The notes below the pieces were generated by a model. It ran no database searches. It worked only from the letters and a program-made list of their open reading frames with translations, and was not told the origin of the DNA. A DNA stretch of 63,629 nucleotides, filler included, from Ionaspis alba (lineage: Eukaryota), in NCBI GenBank assembly GCA_964255285.1. It is 2 parts of 2 records of this genome, joined end to end, with 100 filler letters (N's around TTAATTAATTAA, not from the genome) between each part and the next. Parts side by side here need not be neighbours in the genome. Positions count along the whole stretch, not along the records: positions 31,873 to 63,629 come from CAXUUL010000107.1; 1 more part is not named here. One strand, 5' to 3'. Numbering within the stretch: position 1 is the first letter of the stretch; each line of letters begins with the position of its first letter. Made by a program: the position numbers and the translations under genes. Of the stretch, positions 62,332 through 63,629 are shown one piece after another.

Positions 62332-63629
62332 GACGTTTAGATGTGTGGATACTTGGTATAGAGGCAAGGCTGCGTTGAGTGCCACCACCGTGGCATAGAG
62401 GGGGGAATTCTGGCAGGAGATGGAAGAGTGGTAGGAAACTACAGGAAGTTCGTACTTGTTCGTTCTTTTGGGCCGAATATAAAGACTCGAGAGACTGAAG
62501 CAGTAAGCAGGAGAAAGCTTGAAAGAATTGTGAATCACAGAATGAAATAGATGAAGAGTTAGACCCATGCTAACATGTTGAAAAGCCATATTCATCCTCT
62601 AGAGTATGGGCTAATATAGACAGTGTTGGCAGAGAGCTTTGATAAACTGTCCAAGGCTTCGAGGGTGCTGGCTGAATTTCTGCAAAGGCTTCATAACATG
62701 CATCTTGTATTCTTGACCGCGTCAAACGCGCGAAGATCAGTAAAATCTTGTGAAATTCAACAGTAAATCATAGAGATCGGACTCCCTATAGCAGCGATCG
62801 TGAAGTAGAGCAGTCTCCTTGGAACGCATGTTTCTCTGGTGCTTCGCAATCACTCAGGGGCCTCTATGCCATATCGCAGCTGCTGAGCTACCAACAAGCT
62901 CACACATAGTGTAGAAAGACCCAGGCAAAACCTTGATGATAGAATCTATAGTGTCTGTTGCTTGAGGTTGTCTCCAAAGATTGTTACCCCGGACCGCTAA
63001 AGCCGGGAACAGGCGGCCCCCCATCATGATTGGCCGATGTGCTCCGTCCGCACAGCAGCTGCTCATGGGATGCTGTACCTTCTTCAATCAGCAAGGGGAT
63101 CGGCAACGTTGGTTCGCCCGCCTCTTGCAAAGCTTCGGACATATCGTCGAGTTGAGTTGCTTTCCGGGCAACGGACACTAAAGATTAGACACAGATGCAA
63201 TATCTCGTAAGGGCGGGGAAGAGGCACTCATCAACTTTTGCTTCATAGTACCATCGGACATGCCTAGTCATGATGCACTACATGGATCTGCGCTGCGGGG
63301 AGCATGTCTCACGGGATCTCTGGAGCTTGCACCATTATGTTGAGAGAAAATATTAAAGTTATGGAGACATATTGATCGAGTCTGCACTTTTTCTCTTGCC
63401 ATTGCTTGTGCCTTGCTATGTCAAAGTCCAAAGATGGTCGCTTTCCTCTTCATATTTCTATTTATCGCTGCTACTAGTGCACAGCTACCAGCAGTTTCTC
63501 TCATAAACTCCCTAGTTGCTCAGCTCGGACCCGCCACGCACAAGCTAGGCGCCATCACTCCCGAGTTGATACACACTTTGGTTGAGCCAGTCACTGTGCA
63601 AATTGAAAGAAATTCTTATGTATATCGTG

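Overview
Eukaryotic, intron-rich fungal DNA from a filamentous ascomycete (Pezizomycotina-type genes and branch points; a finer taxon cannot be called). It appears to come from a short-read scaffold: there are nine 100-N gaps, five flanked by exact 55-nt duplications, plus one artificial TTAATTAATTAA contig linker at 31773-31872. Bases 1-56 kb are a dense block of about 28 spliced genes: lipase, SWIM/Sws1-like, RPN8, ADK1, Gfo/Idh/MocA oxidoreductase, P450, PCF11, I9 inhibitor, Hook, HEM13, ATG8, NCE101, GGC1, two MFS transporters, a pseudo-aspartic protease, a HAD protein, a GAP1-like permease, CFEM, 14-3-3, SERCA, PUP3, UBX4, RPL36, PXR1 and hypotheticals. The last ~7 kb has no housekeeping genes. 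It holds a co-oriented array of small intronless genes sharing M-C-x9-C-x1/2-H-x8/11-C-x4/5-C-x12/13-C-x2-C: two intact copies, two pseudogenes that the ORF track does not show as intact genes, and one half-motif copy. This array is the best candidate for an uncharacterised system. Other oddities are an apparently exonised lipase intron, relaxed and GC splice donors, stopless in-frame introns in Hook, and strand-independent C-rich to G-rich skew flips. Exon structures were read by eye; no tRNA, rRNA, CRISPR or transposase was recognised.
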